DNA of 64,000 bases, taken from positions 154,320,001-154,384,000 of the forward strand of contig NC_058368.1 of the NCBI RefSeq assembly GCF_018350175.1, read 5' to 3'. Under the pieces are notes generated by a model that saw only the letters and a list, made by a program, of their open reading frames with translations, was not told where the DNA came from and ran no database searches. The first letter of the stretch is position 1; each line of letters opens with the position of its first letter. Of this stretch, positions 1 to 11,805 are shown in pieces. Origin of the DNA: Felis catus (Eukaryota). A program made the translations under genes and the position numbers.

Positions 1-556
1 AACTCCAGAAAACATTTTACTTACTACATTATTGGTTGATTACAAAAGCATATAGCTCAGAACAGCCAGATAGAAGATAAGCATAGGGCAAGGCATGGGA
101 GAAAGGAGCAAGAAGTTTCCATGCCTACTCCAGGTTGTGTCACTCTTCCTGCATGTCCACTTGTTCACTAACTCAGAAGCTCTCCTAACCTTGTCCTTTT
201 GGGTCATTAAGGAGACTTCATTATATAGCCATGACTGATTAAATTATTGGCAGTTGGTGATTGAATCAACCTCCTCTTGTCTCCCTTGATGTAGGAGGTG
301 GGGGAGTTGGGGTTGAAATTTCCAACCTTCTAATCAAATGTTTTATTCCCCCTGGCAACCAGCTCCCATTCTTAAGAGCTTTCTAAAAGTCACCTCATTA
401 ACATAAACTTTAGTGTTGTTAAAAGGGGCTTCTTTAATAACCACAGACATCTTTATTGCTCCTATCACTTAGGAAATTCCAAGGGTTTTAGGAATTTTGT
501 GAAGGCAGAGGGACAAGGACCAAAAACATATTTTTCATTATAAATCACAATATCAA
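1..556 (-). mobile_element. MER21-like ERV LTR, truncated by the window edge
   Basis: Motifs 'aacagccagatagaagataagcatagggcaagg', 'gaaattccaagggttttagg' and 'gggacaaggaccaaaaacatatttttcattataaatcacaatatca' match the reverse complement of MER21-family LTRs as I recall them. Confidence 0.8.
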
Positions 557-902
557 ATGTGATCAGAAAAGTAACAGTCTTGGCTCCCTTCTAGTTTAAT
601 GAGCTTTTCGTTAAGACTCCTTTTGGCATGGCCACTCCCAACATTCTATTCTGGAGCACCTTTCAAGGGAATGTCCCTCCAAAAGTGAGACAAATCTTCT
701 CCTTTACATTTCATGATCTTACCTGCCTCTCCACTCTGGGACCCATCATGGACATAGGAGATCAAAACAGATGTTTCAACCTTTTTTTCTCACTGGGGTC
801 TTTTGTCTTATTCCTTCAATCATAGTGATATTGTGGAGACTACATTCTTCTCTTTTTTAGTAGTCTTTCTATCAAGAAATGTTTTAATTTGCTTCAAGTA
901 AA

Positions 903-1704
903 TATAGGAGAGGGAAACATTTTTCTTGACTCTTTGAGGGTTCCTGGCTGGGTCTGAAAATTATGCTGACAAAGACAGATTAACAGGAGAAAAGCATACA
1001 AATTTTATTGAATTTTTGCATCTACATTGGAGCCTTCACAAGAGAATAAAGACCCAGAGGACTCAGCAGAGTGAGAAGCTTTTATTTAAAAATCTCTCAT
1101 TTATAAACTATTTATTTATTTATAAATGTTTATTTTATTTATTTTGAGAGAAAGAGAGCATGGGCATATACACAAGTAAGTGGGGGAGGGTCAGAGAAAG
1201 AGGGAGAGAGAGAATCCCAAGCCATTTCTGCACTGTCAACATAGAGCCCAATGTGGGGCTTGAACCCACAAGCCATGAGATCATGTCCTGAGCCAAAATC
1301 AAGAGTCAGACACTTAACTGAACAAGCCACCCAGGGACCCTGAAACTTTTAAGCCTTTTAAATAAATAATAATTTGTGAAAAATTGACAAGACAAAGGAG
1401 TTTGGGTTAGGGGCAGTAAATGGTGAAGAAGTAACTAGGAAAAGAAGGGTTAATTTAACAAGATTTGTCTGTACAGATTTTTGGCCCCCAAATTCCCTTT
1501 CTTAGGTGATAAGAATGTTTTATTTCCTCCTGGTACAAGGAATGTACCTTTTACTTGGGAGATTGATAATCTTGCTTTCATGGAAGAAGGGTGAATTGGG
1601 AAGTCAGAGTGACACTCCTGATTCTGCCATTTTTTCAGACTCCTTCAGTTTAAGATTTTCAGCATGACAAGATGCCATATTTGGGGTATGTTCTAAATCC
1701 CATC
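903..1704 (-). mobile_element. ERV1 (MER4-group, MER31/MER67-like) solo LTR interrupted by a SINE
   Basis: 'aaagacagattaacaggagaaaagcatacaaattttattg' and terminal 'gatgccatatttggggtatgttctaaatccc' are typical of MER4-group LTRs in reverse orientation. Confidence 0.6.
1085..1340 (-). mobile_element. CAN-SINE (felid SINEC_Fc type)
   Basis: Reverse-complement tRNA head (...cacttaactgaacaagccacccagggaccc), (GA)n region and T-rich tail. Confidence 0.92.
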
Positions 1705-1849
1705 TTATATTGGAGCGCTAAAGAAATTTGAATAGTATTCTTTTTATCTTCAGAAATTCTAGCTATCAAGCCCACTATTTTGCTTTGAACTTGAAAATCC
1801 TGCTTTGGTTGTCAGAGAGTACATCTTAACTCTTGTTTTCTTGATATGA

Positions 1850-2372
1850 TGTATTTGGATAGGGGTTAGTTGCAGACAACACAAACAACTTGCCCAAACC
1901 TACAAAGAAAATGATTTGTTGCCAGATATTCACTGGCTAAAAATATCATTGAGAGAACTGGCTTCTGGCCAAACTTCAGAACAACTCTTAATCTTTAGAA
2001 TCACACTGCAGAAGTCGGCTCCAGGGCTCAAAATCTGGGCATTGATAACCACAAATTAATTCTCCTAGGCCACAACAAGAAACTGCTAGTTTTACTAAAG
2101 GAGTCTCCAAATCAAATGGTCATTAAACATAGGGCCATATTGCTGTTGACATCAACAAAATGAAACCTCATATTCTGCCTCTCTTTCCACTTTGCACAGT
2201 TCCAAATTCAAATATGTATGACAACATATGATGGATGGATGCTAAATCAAATCTGGAATCCTGACTATGAGAGAATCTGACGATAAAATTTTTAACTTCT
2301 CAGCATACAGGAAAGTATACCAGAAGGATGTTGAAATGGATATTGAATATGCCAATTGATAGTGGCCATTAC
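1850..2372. mobile_element. old MaLR LTR (MLT1-like)
   Basis: End 'gaaggatgttgaaatggatattgaatatgccaattgatagtggccattaca' resembles MLT1 termini; highly diverged. Confidence 0.45.
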
Positions 2373-4222
2373 ATATGCAAAACATTAAAGACAGCAAATG
2401 GCACAGAGTAATTTTAAGAAATGTTTAAAGATCTTTTTCTTTTGTAATTGCTATTGTTATTATTATTTGCATTACAGTTTTAAAAATGCATCCTCCTAAC
2501 ACTGAGGTGATTTTAGATAACAAAGTAGAAAGTTAGGCACTCTAAAGTGCATATGAGAAAAAACACATTAGTATATGTTTAAGCTACCCTTATATATTAA
2601 TATAAATTTTTAAAACAAACAAATATTGAGATAAGTTTACTGTTCTCTGACCTTATTAGGTCTAAAATATTAAAATATTCAAGGTTCTATGGTGGACATT
2701 TGCCATTTGTTTAAACCACCCAAAATGGAATTGTAAATAGTCAAAATGAATATCTTGGAATTTACCTTTTCCTAAAGCTAATAACTCCTCTCCACTCTGA
2801 TTTTCTTTGATTCATTCTATTCTCCTTCTCTTTTATCAGATTTTTCCACTCAGTCTTCCTACCTGAGTTCCTTTCCTCTTCATCTTGCCTTTTATCGTTC
2901 CCTTGCCTTTTGTTTTTCTGTATTTTTATTGCCTGGGCATTTAGGGAGCACTTTTATAGCATTTCCACATTAGCAATTAAATTGACTGAAATATTTATTC
3001 ATGTGTCCATATTTTAATAACATGCTATAAATTAACTTAATGACTTGACTATTTCCAAAGATTGAATGCTTACTTTAATTTTGTCCTTGTTAATAATAGA
3101 ATCAGATTTTTATCGAGTAGAAATTGTTCAATGGTAGAGGAAGATGATTTCATTCTGGGTTTCTTATACCACTTTCATATATATCTAATACCTAAAGTGT
3201 TTTCATAATATATAAATCCCCAACAGTGCCTAGGAATGTTTTATCACAGTAGATGCTTGACTTTTAGCCATTAGTATTTGGCTCCTCCTTTTACCCCTAG
3301 TATTTATGACAAGATTCCTGAAGAGTTCAGCAAAGTAATCAAAACCAGTTAGATAAATGAGCAAAAAATACCACAGTATTTAAGAACATATCAAAAAAAT
3401 GAGTTCCAAATAAATAGCTTATAAATTAGAGCAATTTGGTTTCCGGTGACAGAATGGATGAAAGTCATGGTAGTAGACAAGAAGGCCATAAAATTTGAGT
3501 TAGCTGTGCCGATATACAGTGAATTATTTTACAGTCTATGAGGGAAATAAAAATAATTAAAAGGCATAGTGCTGTCTTTATAAAATTTGTTTATAATCAA
3601 TATATGACACAGAAAACAATTTATCTGACTATAGGAACTATAGAAATGTTTTATCTAGATAAATTTATTTAAATGTGTCATATATGTACTTTTTACAAAT
3701 AACTTTCTCTTCTAAGTTAAAATATTTATTTTTAAAAGGTCATTCAATTTAAAAGACATTTTTGCATAGTATATCACTTGGTACAATATATTGTTTTCTA
3801 AACTACTGAGATTGAACACATTTTATCCTTTTAGTAACAATTTGCATCACTGTTTGGAATATTCACCATTAATATTTTGCATTTAAAACATTAATACAAA
3901 CCCATGTAAGTTTTTGTGTGTCTAGGCTTTCTTCTTTAATACTGAGTGGTCACTTTTTACTTAACTTATCCTTTTCTTTCTGGTTTCTGTTCCTAATGCA
4001 TGATGGACTAGAACATCAGGTCACTATCCTGCTTAAACTTTGAATTATTTTGTAGTTAATAAATTCCTAAGAGTGGTCATAACACATTTAACATACAGCT
4101 TCACCTCAGGGGGTCCCTATATTTGCTTTTCTCAAATAGCTAATGTACCAATTTCCAAATTTGGAGGAAATTCCAGAACTTTCATAGTATTAAAGTATTG
4201 AAGAAACACACACAAAAATAAT

Positions 4223-4815
4223 GGATCCTTAACTGCACTCTTGGGTAATTACTCAAAGACTATAGAAACACTAATTCAAAGGCATACATGCACCCTTATG
4301 TTTATTGCAGCACTATTTACAATAGTCAAGATATGGAAGCAGTCCAAGTGTCCATTGATTTACGAATGGATAAAGAAGGTATGGTGTATATATATATATA
4401 GTATAGAATATTATTCAGCCTTTAGAAAGATTGAACTCCTGCCATTTGCAAGGACATGAATAGAGACAGAGAGTATAATGATAAGCAAAGTAAGTCAGAA
4501 AGACAAATACCATATGATTTCACTCCTATGTGGAATTTAAGAAATGAAACAAATTAGCAAAGGGTTAAAAAAAAAAAGATAAAGTCAAACAAAGAAACAG
4601 ACTCTTAACTACAGAGAACAAACTGATGGTTTCCAACCAGGAGGGGTTTGGGAGATGGGTGAAATCTTAGTTGATGAGGATTAAGGAGGGTTTTTGTCAT
4701 GGTGAGCACTGGGTGATGTAAGAAATTGGTGAATCACTATATTGTATAACTGAAACTAGTATGACCCTGCATTTTAACTGGAATGAAAATAAAAACTTAA
4801 AAAAGGCAAATAAAT
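4223..4815 (+). mobile_element. 5'-truncated LINE-1 (carnivore L1), ORF2 C-terminus plus 3'UTR
   Basis: ORF 4241-4459 gives 'CTLMFIAALFTIVKIWKQSKCP..EWIKK' (ORF2 C-terminus); aataaa and A-rich tail near 4790-4815. Confidence 0.9.
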
Positions 4816-4909
4816 GAGTAATACAAGAGATTATTGGAGTAGTTTTAGGACACAGTTAACCTTACCACAGATGAGAAGGTATAAATCAATGCATAACAGA
4901 ATAAAGATT

Positions 4910-5122
4910 TCATTTTATTTATTAATTGTTATTTTTTATTTTAGAGAGAAAGAGAGTGAGCTCATGAGTGAGGGAGAAGGGCAGAGGGAGAGACAGAGAG
5001 AATCCTAAACAGGCTCCACGTTCATCATGGAACCCAATATGTGGCTTGATCCCACTACCCTGGAATCATGACCTAAGCCAAAATCAGGAGTAAGAGGCCC
5101 AACAATTGAGACACCCAGCACC
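4910..5122 (-). mobile_element. CAN-SINE
   Basis: Reverse SINE body; imperfect TSD cagaataaagattt / cagactaaagagtt. Confidence 0.88.
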
Positions 5123-5309
5123 TCAGACTAAAGAGTTTAGATGTGTTACATAATATCCAGTAGAATTACAAATCTCCAAAAGATTCACTTTTGAACAGTG
5201 ACAGATTACTAGAGTATTCACAAGTATGTGAGAGTAAGTAGGCAAGTATGTTTTCAAGTAAGATTTACAATTTGCACTTGTTTTGATTAACAGGTTTGTA
5301 CAGTTCAAT

Positions 5310-5535
5310 GATGAAGTGCATAGACTTTGAAGTCCAGATTCCCTGGATACAAATGCAAGCTCTACCATTTACTAGGTGTGAAAATGTAGTAAAATTAAGT
5401 AATCTATACATGCCTAAGTTTCCTCAACTATATTTGGAGGCAATTGTAATACTCTACTTTATAATGGTCTTGTAAACATTGGCATAAAATACTTTGAAGT
5501 ATTTAGAAATATGTCTGATGTTTATTGCTCAGTAG
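5310..5535 (+). mobile_element. MIR SINE relic
   Basis: 'agctctaccatttactaggtgtg...tgcctaagtttcctcaacta' MIR core similarity. Confidence 0.6.
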
Positions 5536-6612
5536 GTTTTATTAAACTACAGGGAAAATTTGAAAATAAAAATCAAGTAGTTTTATTTACTAGTTTTTAT
5601 TTTCCTGAAAATGACACTGTTTTCTGGCTACATATGCTATGAACTTGTTTAAAAATCCTGTTGTGGCATCTGAAGTATGTATGTATGTAAATGTTGGCAC
5701 ATTTCTGAACACAATTTATAGAGAGTCAAGGAAAGTCAGAGATTTTCTATTTGTTTTATAGCTTTCCTAAAGGGGTAAAAGTTGGTAGTATCTTTTCCAA
5801 AGGGTGCTTTATTCACACTAACTAATTAAGTAAATGGGCTTTCTGGTTTTAATTAAATGCAGTGTTTGTATATGTATATGCATGTTTGTATACTCAGAGG
5901 CAATAAGAATGAGATTTTAATATAGAAAGGAAGAAATAGCCACTAAGAAAGTTCAAGCCTGTTCAATTAAAAAACCTAACCTGATAGTTTTATGCAATGC
6001 AAAGTTAATGGGCTGGTTCAAATTCCATAAAGTGGTACTTTTTTTTTTATCATCTGAAATGGCTCATGGATCTCAAATGAACATGCCTAATATTTCTGGA
6101 GCATTACCTCTTCAGAGGTATAATCACACTGTGTATCAATAAAGATAAAATACATAGTAAGTGAAATTTTGCTTTCTGGCTGCTTTGGGATTATATGGTT
6201 AATGGCGGTGGGGCAGATACTCAGGCAATTAGAACAGGGAGATTTCTTAGCTCTGAGAGCATAGGCAAGATTCCGAAGTGTGCAAAATGAGCAAACCAAA
6301 GAGTAGGGGCTAAAGTGGTGTGTTTACAAAGGCTTGGAAGTTTTGGTTTTCAGGAATTTAAAGAGCAAGTCTGTTCAGGATGTTATTTTATAAAAGATAG
6401 AGGAAAAAGGAATAAGTAAAATAACTAGGATGTATACAGACCACTTGCATTGTTTAATGTGTTATAGTTCTGTAGAAAACTGATAAACTTAGAAGAATGG
6501 GGACTCTGAGTTCTGCAGACATATCAGCTGAATGACTTTAGAAAAGCTATTTATATGTCTCTTAGACTCAGTTTTTCCATTTATAGAATAAAGCAACTCA
6601 GAAACATGAGTT

Positions 6613-6710
6613 GGGAGTACCTGGGTGGCTCAGTCGGTTAAGTCTCTGAGTTTTCTTTTGTTTTCTTTGGTTTTGTTTTCTTTTCCCCCTTCCTTCCTTC
6701 CTTCCTTCCT

Positions 6711-6765
<55 letters not shown>

Positions 6766-7260
6766 AATATAATTTATTGTCAAATTGTTTTCCATATAAC
6801 ACCCAGTGCTCATCCCAACAGGTGCTCTCCTCAATGCCCATCATCCAATTTCCCCTCTCCCCCACCCCCCATCAAACCTCAGTTTGTTCTCAGTATTTAA
6901 GACTCTCTTATGGTTTGCCTCCCTCCCTCTCTGTAACTATTTTTTCCCCTTCCCTCTGCCATGGTCTTCTGTTAAGTTTCTCAAGATCCACATATGACTG
7001 AAAACGTATGATAACTGTCTTTCTCTGACTGACTTATTTCACTCAGCATAATACCCTCCAGTTCCATCCACGTTGTTGCAAATGGCAGGATTTCATTCTT
7101 TTTGATTGCCGAGTAATACTCATTGTATATATAAACCACATCTTCTTTATCCACTCGTCATTCAATGGACATTTATAAGCCTCTGAGTCTTGATTCTGGC
7201 TTAGGTCATGATCTCATGGTTTGTGATTTCGAGCTCTGCATCAGGCTCTTTGCTGACAGC
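6613..7260 (+). mobile_element. CAN-SINE 5' half (6613-6651 and 7176-7260) split by an L1 insertion
   Basis: Head 'gggagtacctgggtggctcagtcggttaag' resumes as 'cctctgagtcttgattctggcttaggtcatgatctc...gctgacagc' after the L1. Confidence 0.85.
6652..7175 (-). mobile_element. 5'-truncated felid L1 3' end with (GAAA)n/(GGAA)n-expanded tail
   Basis: 3'UTR 'aatttattgtcaaattgtttccatataacacccagtgctcatccc' is shared with the full-length L1 at 26985; TSD taagtctctgagt (6639-6651) / taagcctctgagt (7176-7188). Confidence 0.9.
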
Positions 7261-8535
7261 ATTGGGATAGATTTGGGTTACTAAGAAAGCACTGTTGCTT
7301 TTCTGGATTGGGAGACTGCTGTTATAAAGAGGAAGACAGTCACCCAGTAAGTGCAGTAAGGCACTGCAAGTGCTGTGATTTTACTGCTGATGAGGAGAAA
7401 GGGGAAGACAAATGAGTGTATAATCTCATCTGTAGGTAGGAGCAGAGAAGTAAAATCAGAAGGTGCATGTGAGAGATATGTAGACAGCAGAAAATTTTAG
7501 GTGGGAGAACATGGTGGGAATTCTAGGAGCAGAAATCACTTTGACAGGAATATAAGGAATAGCACACAGTTCAATTATAAAATTTCAAATGTCAGGGTAT
7601 TTGGGAGAACACTGATACTCGTATTGAGATAGTCAATCATCATGCCAATATCTGAAGTAGGTGGAAGACTATGATTTCAGTGCAAACAATTGTAACATTT
7701 TGTCTTCTAAAGTGATTCCATGCTAGCTCCATTGATATGAATCAGGTAATTATCCTGAGTCATGTAGAGTTACTTTTTGCAATAACTTCGCCTGTAATTT
7801 CACTGTTTAGAATCTTTGAGAAACTTTCTAATGTAAATGTCCTTTCAATTATCCAAGGCTGTTAATCTACATCAGGTTGAGTGCTATAGTATCCCCAAAG
7901 TACCTATGAACTTTCAAATTTCATGTTTAGACTTCATCTTCCACTGGGTCATGACTGAAAAGATTTTTCAACATAATGATGGAAAAAAAATCAATAGGGA
8001 TAGCAAACATGATAAGTGTCTCAATAATTAGAATATAATACTGCTTTCGGTTTAAAAGAGAGTATATTTACCCTTCAAGTTAAACTTTGTTTTTGTAATC
8101 CCTTTTAATGAGACGATAGAAAATAGTTTCGGTTTATTGTGAAATCCTCAAGAAGCAGGCTGGAATAGGGATGACAAAATTGCAGTCCAGGTAGCATTGA
8201 CAGCCGTCTTGTTACTGAAGCCCTCTGAGTATCTGAACACTTAGAAAAACTCTATTTAGAGTTTGCCTGTGACTCTGAACATGACAGAGACTAGAAATGT
8301 ATCCTACAAATACCTTACATTACCTCAAGAAGGAACTAGATGATTAATTTAAGTAATTTGTAGTTTTATGCTATAGGTACTGATTAGAAGCTTCTAACAT
8401 AAAGGATGTAGCTGTTGCATCTAGGTATAACATCAAATTTTGTAACTGGAAGGAACTTGAGTGTGCTCCTGGTACAATTCCTTTGGACTCTGTATTAGTC
8501 TGGGTTCTCTAGAGAAATGGGACCAACAGGATGTA

Positions 8536-9214
8536 CAGGAATACCTTGGAGATATCACAGGTTCAGTTTCAGAGCATTGCAATAAAGTAAATATCATAGT
8601 AAAGCAATCACATAAAGTTTTGGTTTCCCAGAACATATAAAAGTTAGGTTTATACTATACTGTAGTCTCTTAAGTATGTAACAGCATTATGTCTAAAAAA
8701 ATATACATACCTTAATTAAAAAATACTTTACTGTTGGGGTGCCTGGGTGGCTCAGTTGGTTAAGTGCTGACTTTGGCTCAGGTCATGATCTCACAGTTCG
8801 CTAGTTTGAGTCCCAGGTGGGGCTCTGTGCTGACAGCTCAGAGCCTGGAACCTGCTTCAGATTCTGGGTCTCCCTCTCTCTCTGCCCCTACCCCAGTTGT
8901 GCTCTGTCTCTCTCAAAAATAAATAAAAGTGTTAAAAAAATTAAAAAAAAAATACTGCCAAAAAATGCTGACCATCATCTCACCTTTCAGTGAGTCATAA
9001 TCACTGGTCACAGATCATTATAACAAAATAAAGTAGTTTGAAATATTGTGAGAATTATCAAAATGTGACACAGAGACATGAAGTGAGCAAATGTTGTTGG
9101 AAAAACAGCGAAAATAAATTGTTTAATGCAGGCTGCCAGACACTTTTACTTTGTTAAAAATGTGATATCTGTAAAATGCTGTAAAACGAAGCATAAAAAA
9201 TTGAGATATGTGTG
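8536..9214 (-). mobile_element. internally deleted Tigger1 DNA transposon (Tc1/mariner-pogo)
   Basis: Both Tigger1 ends present (caggaataccttggagatatc... and ...gcataaaaaattgagatatgtgtg), TA at both flanks, no transposase. Confidence 0.85.
8736..8952 (+). mobile_element. CAN-SINE (SINEC_Fc) inside Tigger1
   Basis: ggggtgcctgggtggctcagttggttaag head, (CT)n region, aataaa and A tail. Confidence 0.95.
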
Positions 9215-9300
9215 TATGTGTGCATATATATACATATATATCGATATATATATATATATGTGTATATATACACATATATATATATATATGTATATATATT
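9215..9300. repeat. (TA)n/(TG)n microsatellite within MLT2
   Basis: Direct reading. Confidence 0.9.
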
Positions 9301-9841
9301 TCACATGCTGCTGAAAGAAAGCTATTTATCATATAATTGGTTTATGTGATTATGGAAGTTGAGAAATCCCACCGTGTGCCCTTTGCAAGCTGGGGACCAG
9401 GAATGAGTTTGAAGGTCTGAGAACTAAGAGGAGTGGAGTAGAGGGGGTAAATCCAGTATGAGTCCAAGGCTTGAAAATCACTGATGTGCAAGGGCAGGAG
9501 AAGATGGATGTCCCAGTTCAGAGATTGTGGGAGAATTCACGATTCCTCTACCTTTTTCTTTTCTTTGAGCCCTCAAGGAATTACATAATGCCCACACATA
9601 CTGGGGAGGGCTCTTTGCTCAGGTCTCTAATTCAAATGTTAATCTCATCAGAACCCCCCTCAGAGACACACCCAGAAATAATGTTTTACTAGCTATCTGC
9701 GTGTCTTTTAGCCCAGGGAAATTGGCAACAATAACAGCATATACAGAGTCAAAAGGTTTGCAGAAACTTGTGAGATTATACCATATTAAGAAAACCTAAT
9801 GTAAGAAAGTCCCTATTTATATACTTGATTAAATGTCAGTG

Positions 9842-10067
9842 TTTTAAAAAATTATTTTAGAGAGAAAGTGTGCATGAGCCGGGAGAGGGACAGAGGGGGA
9901 TGGGGGGGAGGGAGGGAGGGAGGGAGGGAGAGAGAGAGAGAGAGAGAGAGAATGAATGAGAATGAGAATGAGTCTCAACACGGGGCTTTGATCCCATCAT
10001 CCAGGGATCATGACCTGAGCTGACATCTAGAGCTGGGCATTCAACACACTGAGCCACCTAGCCCTCC
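9842..10067 (-). mobile_element. CAN-SINE
   Basis: TSD taaatgtcagtg at 9830-9841 and 10068-10079. Confidence 0.92.
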
Positions 10068-11251
10068 TAAATGTCAGTGATTTTTATCTTTGCAAAGGAT
10101 TCACTGAAAGCTTTCTTTAAGCAGTAAACCATTAGTTTATTAAAGATTTTTATTGTCATATTCATGACACTGCACATTTATAGCATAAAATATAACAGCT
10201 CATGAACTGCCTTTGAATTATTTAACTTATTTGTGTTGTGATAGATTTTTGACATATTAATGGACAGATAATACAAAAAGAAAACTTGATTAGTGCCTTG
10301 GTAACAGATGGTACTATGGCTGTACCTCAAACAACATGCTATGTCTTAAAAAAATATTCCAGTATTTATAGCATTTAATTTTGAGTGGGGGGTATAAAGA
10401 AACTTCTTGAAAGCTATCACCCAAGTTCTACCAGAGGAGAAGCAAATCTAGGGAAGGATTGGGTCAAAAGTGCATAAGTGTCTGACAGTGTTGGTTAGTC
10501 AGGAAATAAGACATTAAAAAGGAAAAGATTAAAACATTTTTGATTACCTTATCTACATGCCTTGTAAAATATTAGTACAGTATGAAAAACACAGGAAACA
10601 TCTGAGATTTGCTTTCACACTGTTTCTTCCAAAATCTGTTAATCATTTCTTAACATCCGTGATGCTCAAATGATCTTAAACGTTGTTGAAAATACACTAT
10701 CCTGGGTAATAGACTCCCTGTATCTTCTCTCCTATATATGCCACTAAGTGCCTGCCATTCAGTAGACCCTTAATACAAATTTGTTGAGTGAATACATAAA
10801 TATGTGGTAATTTTCAATGTAGAAATAATTTTAATATATCAAAGAGAATTATTTAATTTTCTGGCTTTTAAACATTTTATTAGAGGAATAAATTCTTACC
10901 AAGAACTATAGTAATCACAACTTTATTATCTCCTGTTTATTATGGATGTTATACTGCACGTAGAAACCAGGATATCATTTGCTTGGTAGCCATAACTTCC
11001 ATGGATTTTCTGATATCAGTATAATCACTTAGTCAAAGAAGTTTGATCAAAATATCAAGGAGTGTCTTACCAATAATCGAGCTATGTATTTTAACTGTAT
11101 CCTCGACCCTTGTGATTCAAACAAAAAAAAAAATACGAAGAAGCTGACGTTGTGAGAGTAAAATTTGGATAAAATGCAAACTGTACTTTCATACAGATCA
11201 TCTTCTCTTGTTCTTTAGGCAGCTGCCACAACTGAAAAAAAGCATCTACAT

Positions 11252-11805
11252 TGTTGAGAGTCTAGCTAAACTACTCGATAATACTGGTGTCTCAGCATCC
11301 ATTTTGTGTGGCTAAAGAGTCTCCAGGAATCTGGAACTGACACTAACTACTCCTCCCTCAAGTGCATGCCCTAGATAACAATCAACAGAGTCACAGGAAA
11401 ACATAAATTCCTGGTATGACTTCTGTAACACCCTGAACATAAGCAGTTTCTACTGCGTAAATTCTCTCCCATCTCTTTCCCTTTGTGCACCGCTTAGATA
11501 AAATCCCTGTGAAATTTAGTAAAACCCACCATGTTTTGGATTGAATTGACCGATCTGGCCCTAGCCCAGGAACAACCCCAAGATCCTCTTAAAGGCATGA
11601 ATCCTAGGTCTTGAAGTTCGTTCTGCCTGCCCCCTGCTTTGAACTCCCCATGTGGCCGTTTGAGGCGCTCTGGAATACCTCTTGGACCTGTGTCCAAAAA
11701 CAATACAAAACAAACAAACAAAAAAAAACCTCTCACTTTCCCTTCCTGTCTTTGTTGAACTGTGGCTCACCTAACACCTCCATACCCTGGGGGCTCTACT
11801 CAACA
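11252..11805 (+). mobile_element. candidate ERV1-type solo LTR, family unassigned
   Basis: TG...CA ends with inverted termini tgttgag / ctcaaca, about 550 bp, LTR-like composition; no clean TSD. Confidence 0.45.

Larger units (their letters stand above)
8491..9745 (-). mobile_element. MLT2 (ERVL) solo LTR interrupted by Tigger1
   Basis: Starts tgtattagtctgggttctctagagaaa; contains 'gggcaggagaagatggatgtcccag' and 'cagagacacacccagaaataatg'; ends ...CA; 5-bp TSD gactc / gagtc. Confidence 0.85.

Noticed and set aside
7712..7750. Plus-strand AG...GTAATT-bounded mini-exon
   Set aside because: Stops in all three frames and a weak acceptor
8736..8815. tRNA-like A/B-box sequences at SINE heads
   Set aside because: These are tRNA-derived SINE promoters, not tRNA genes
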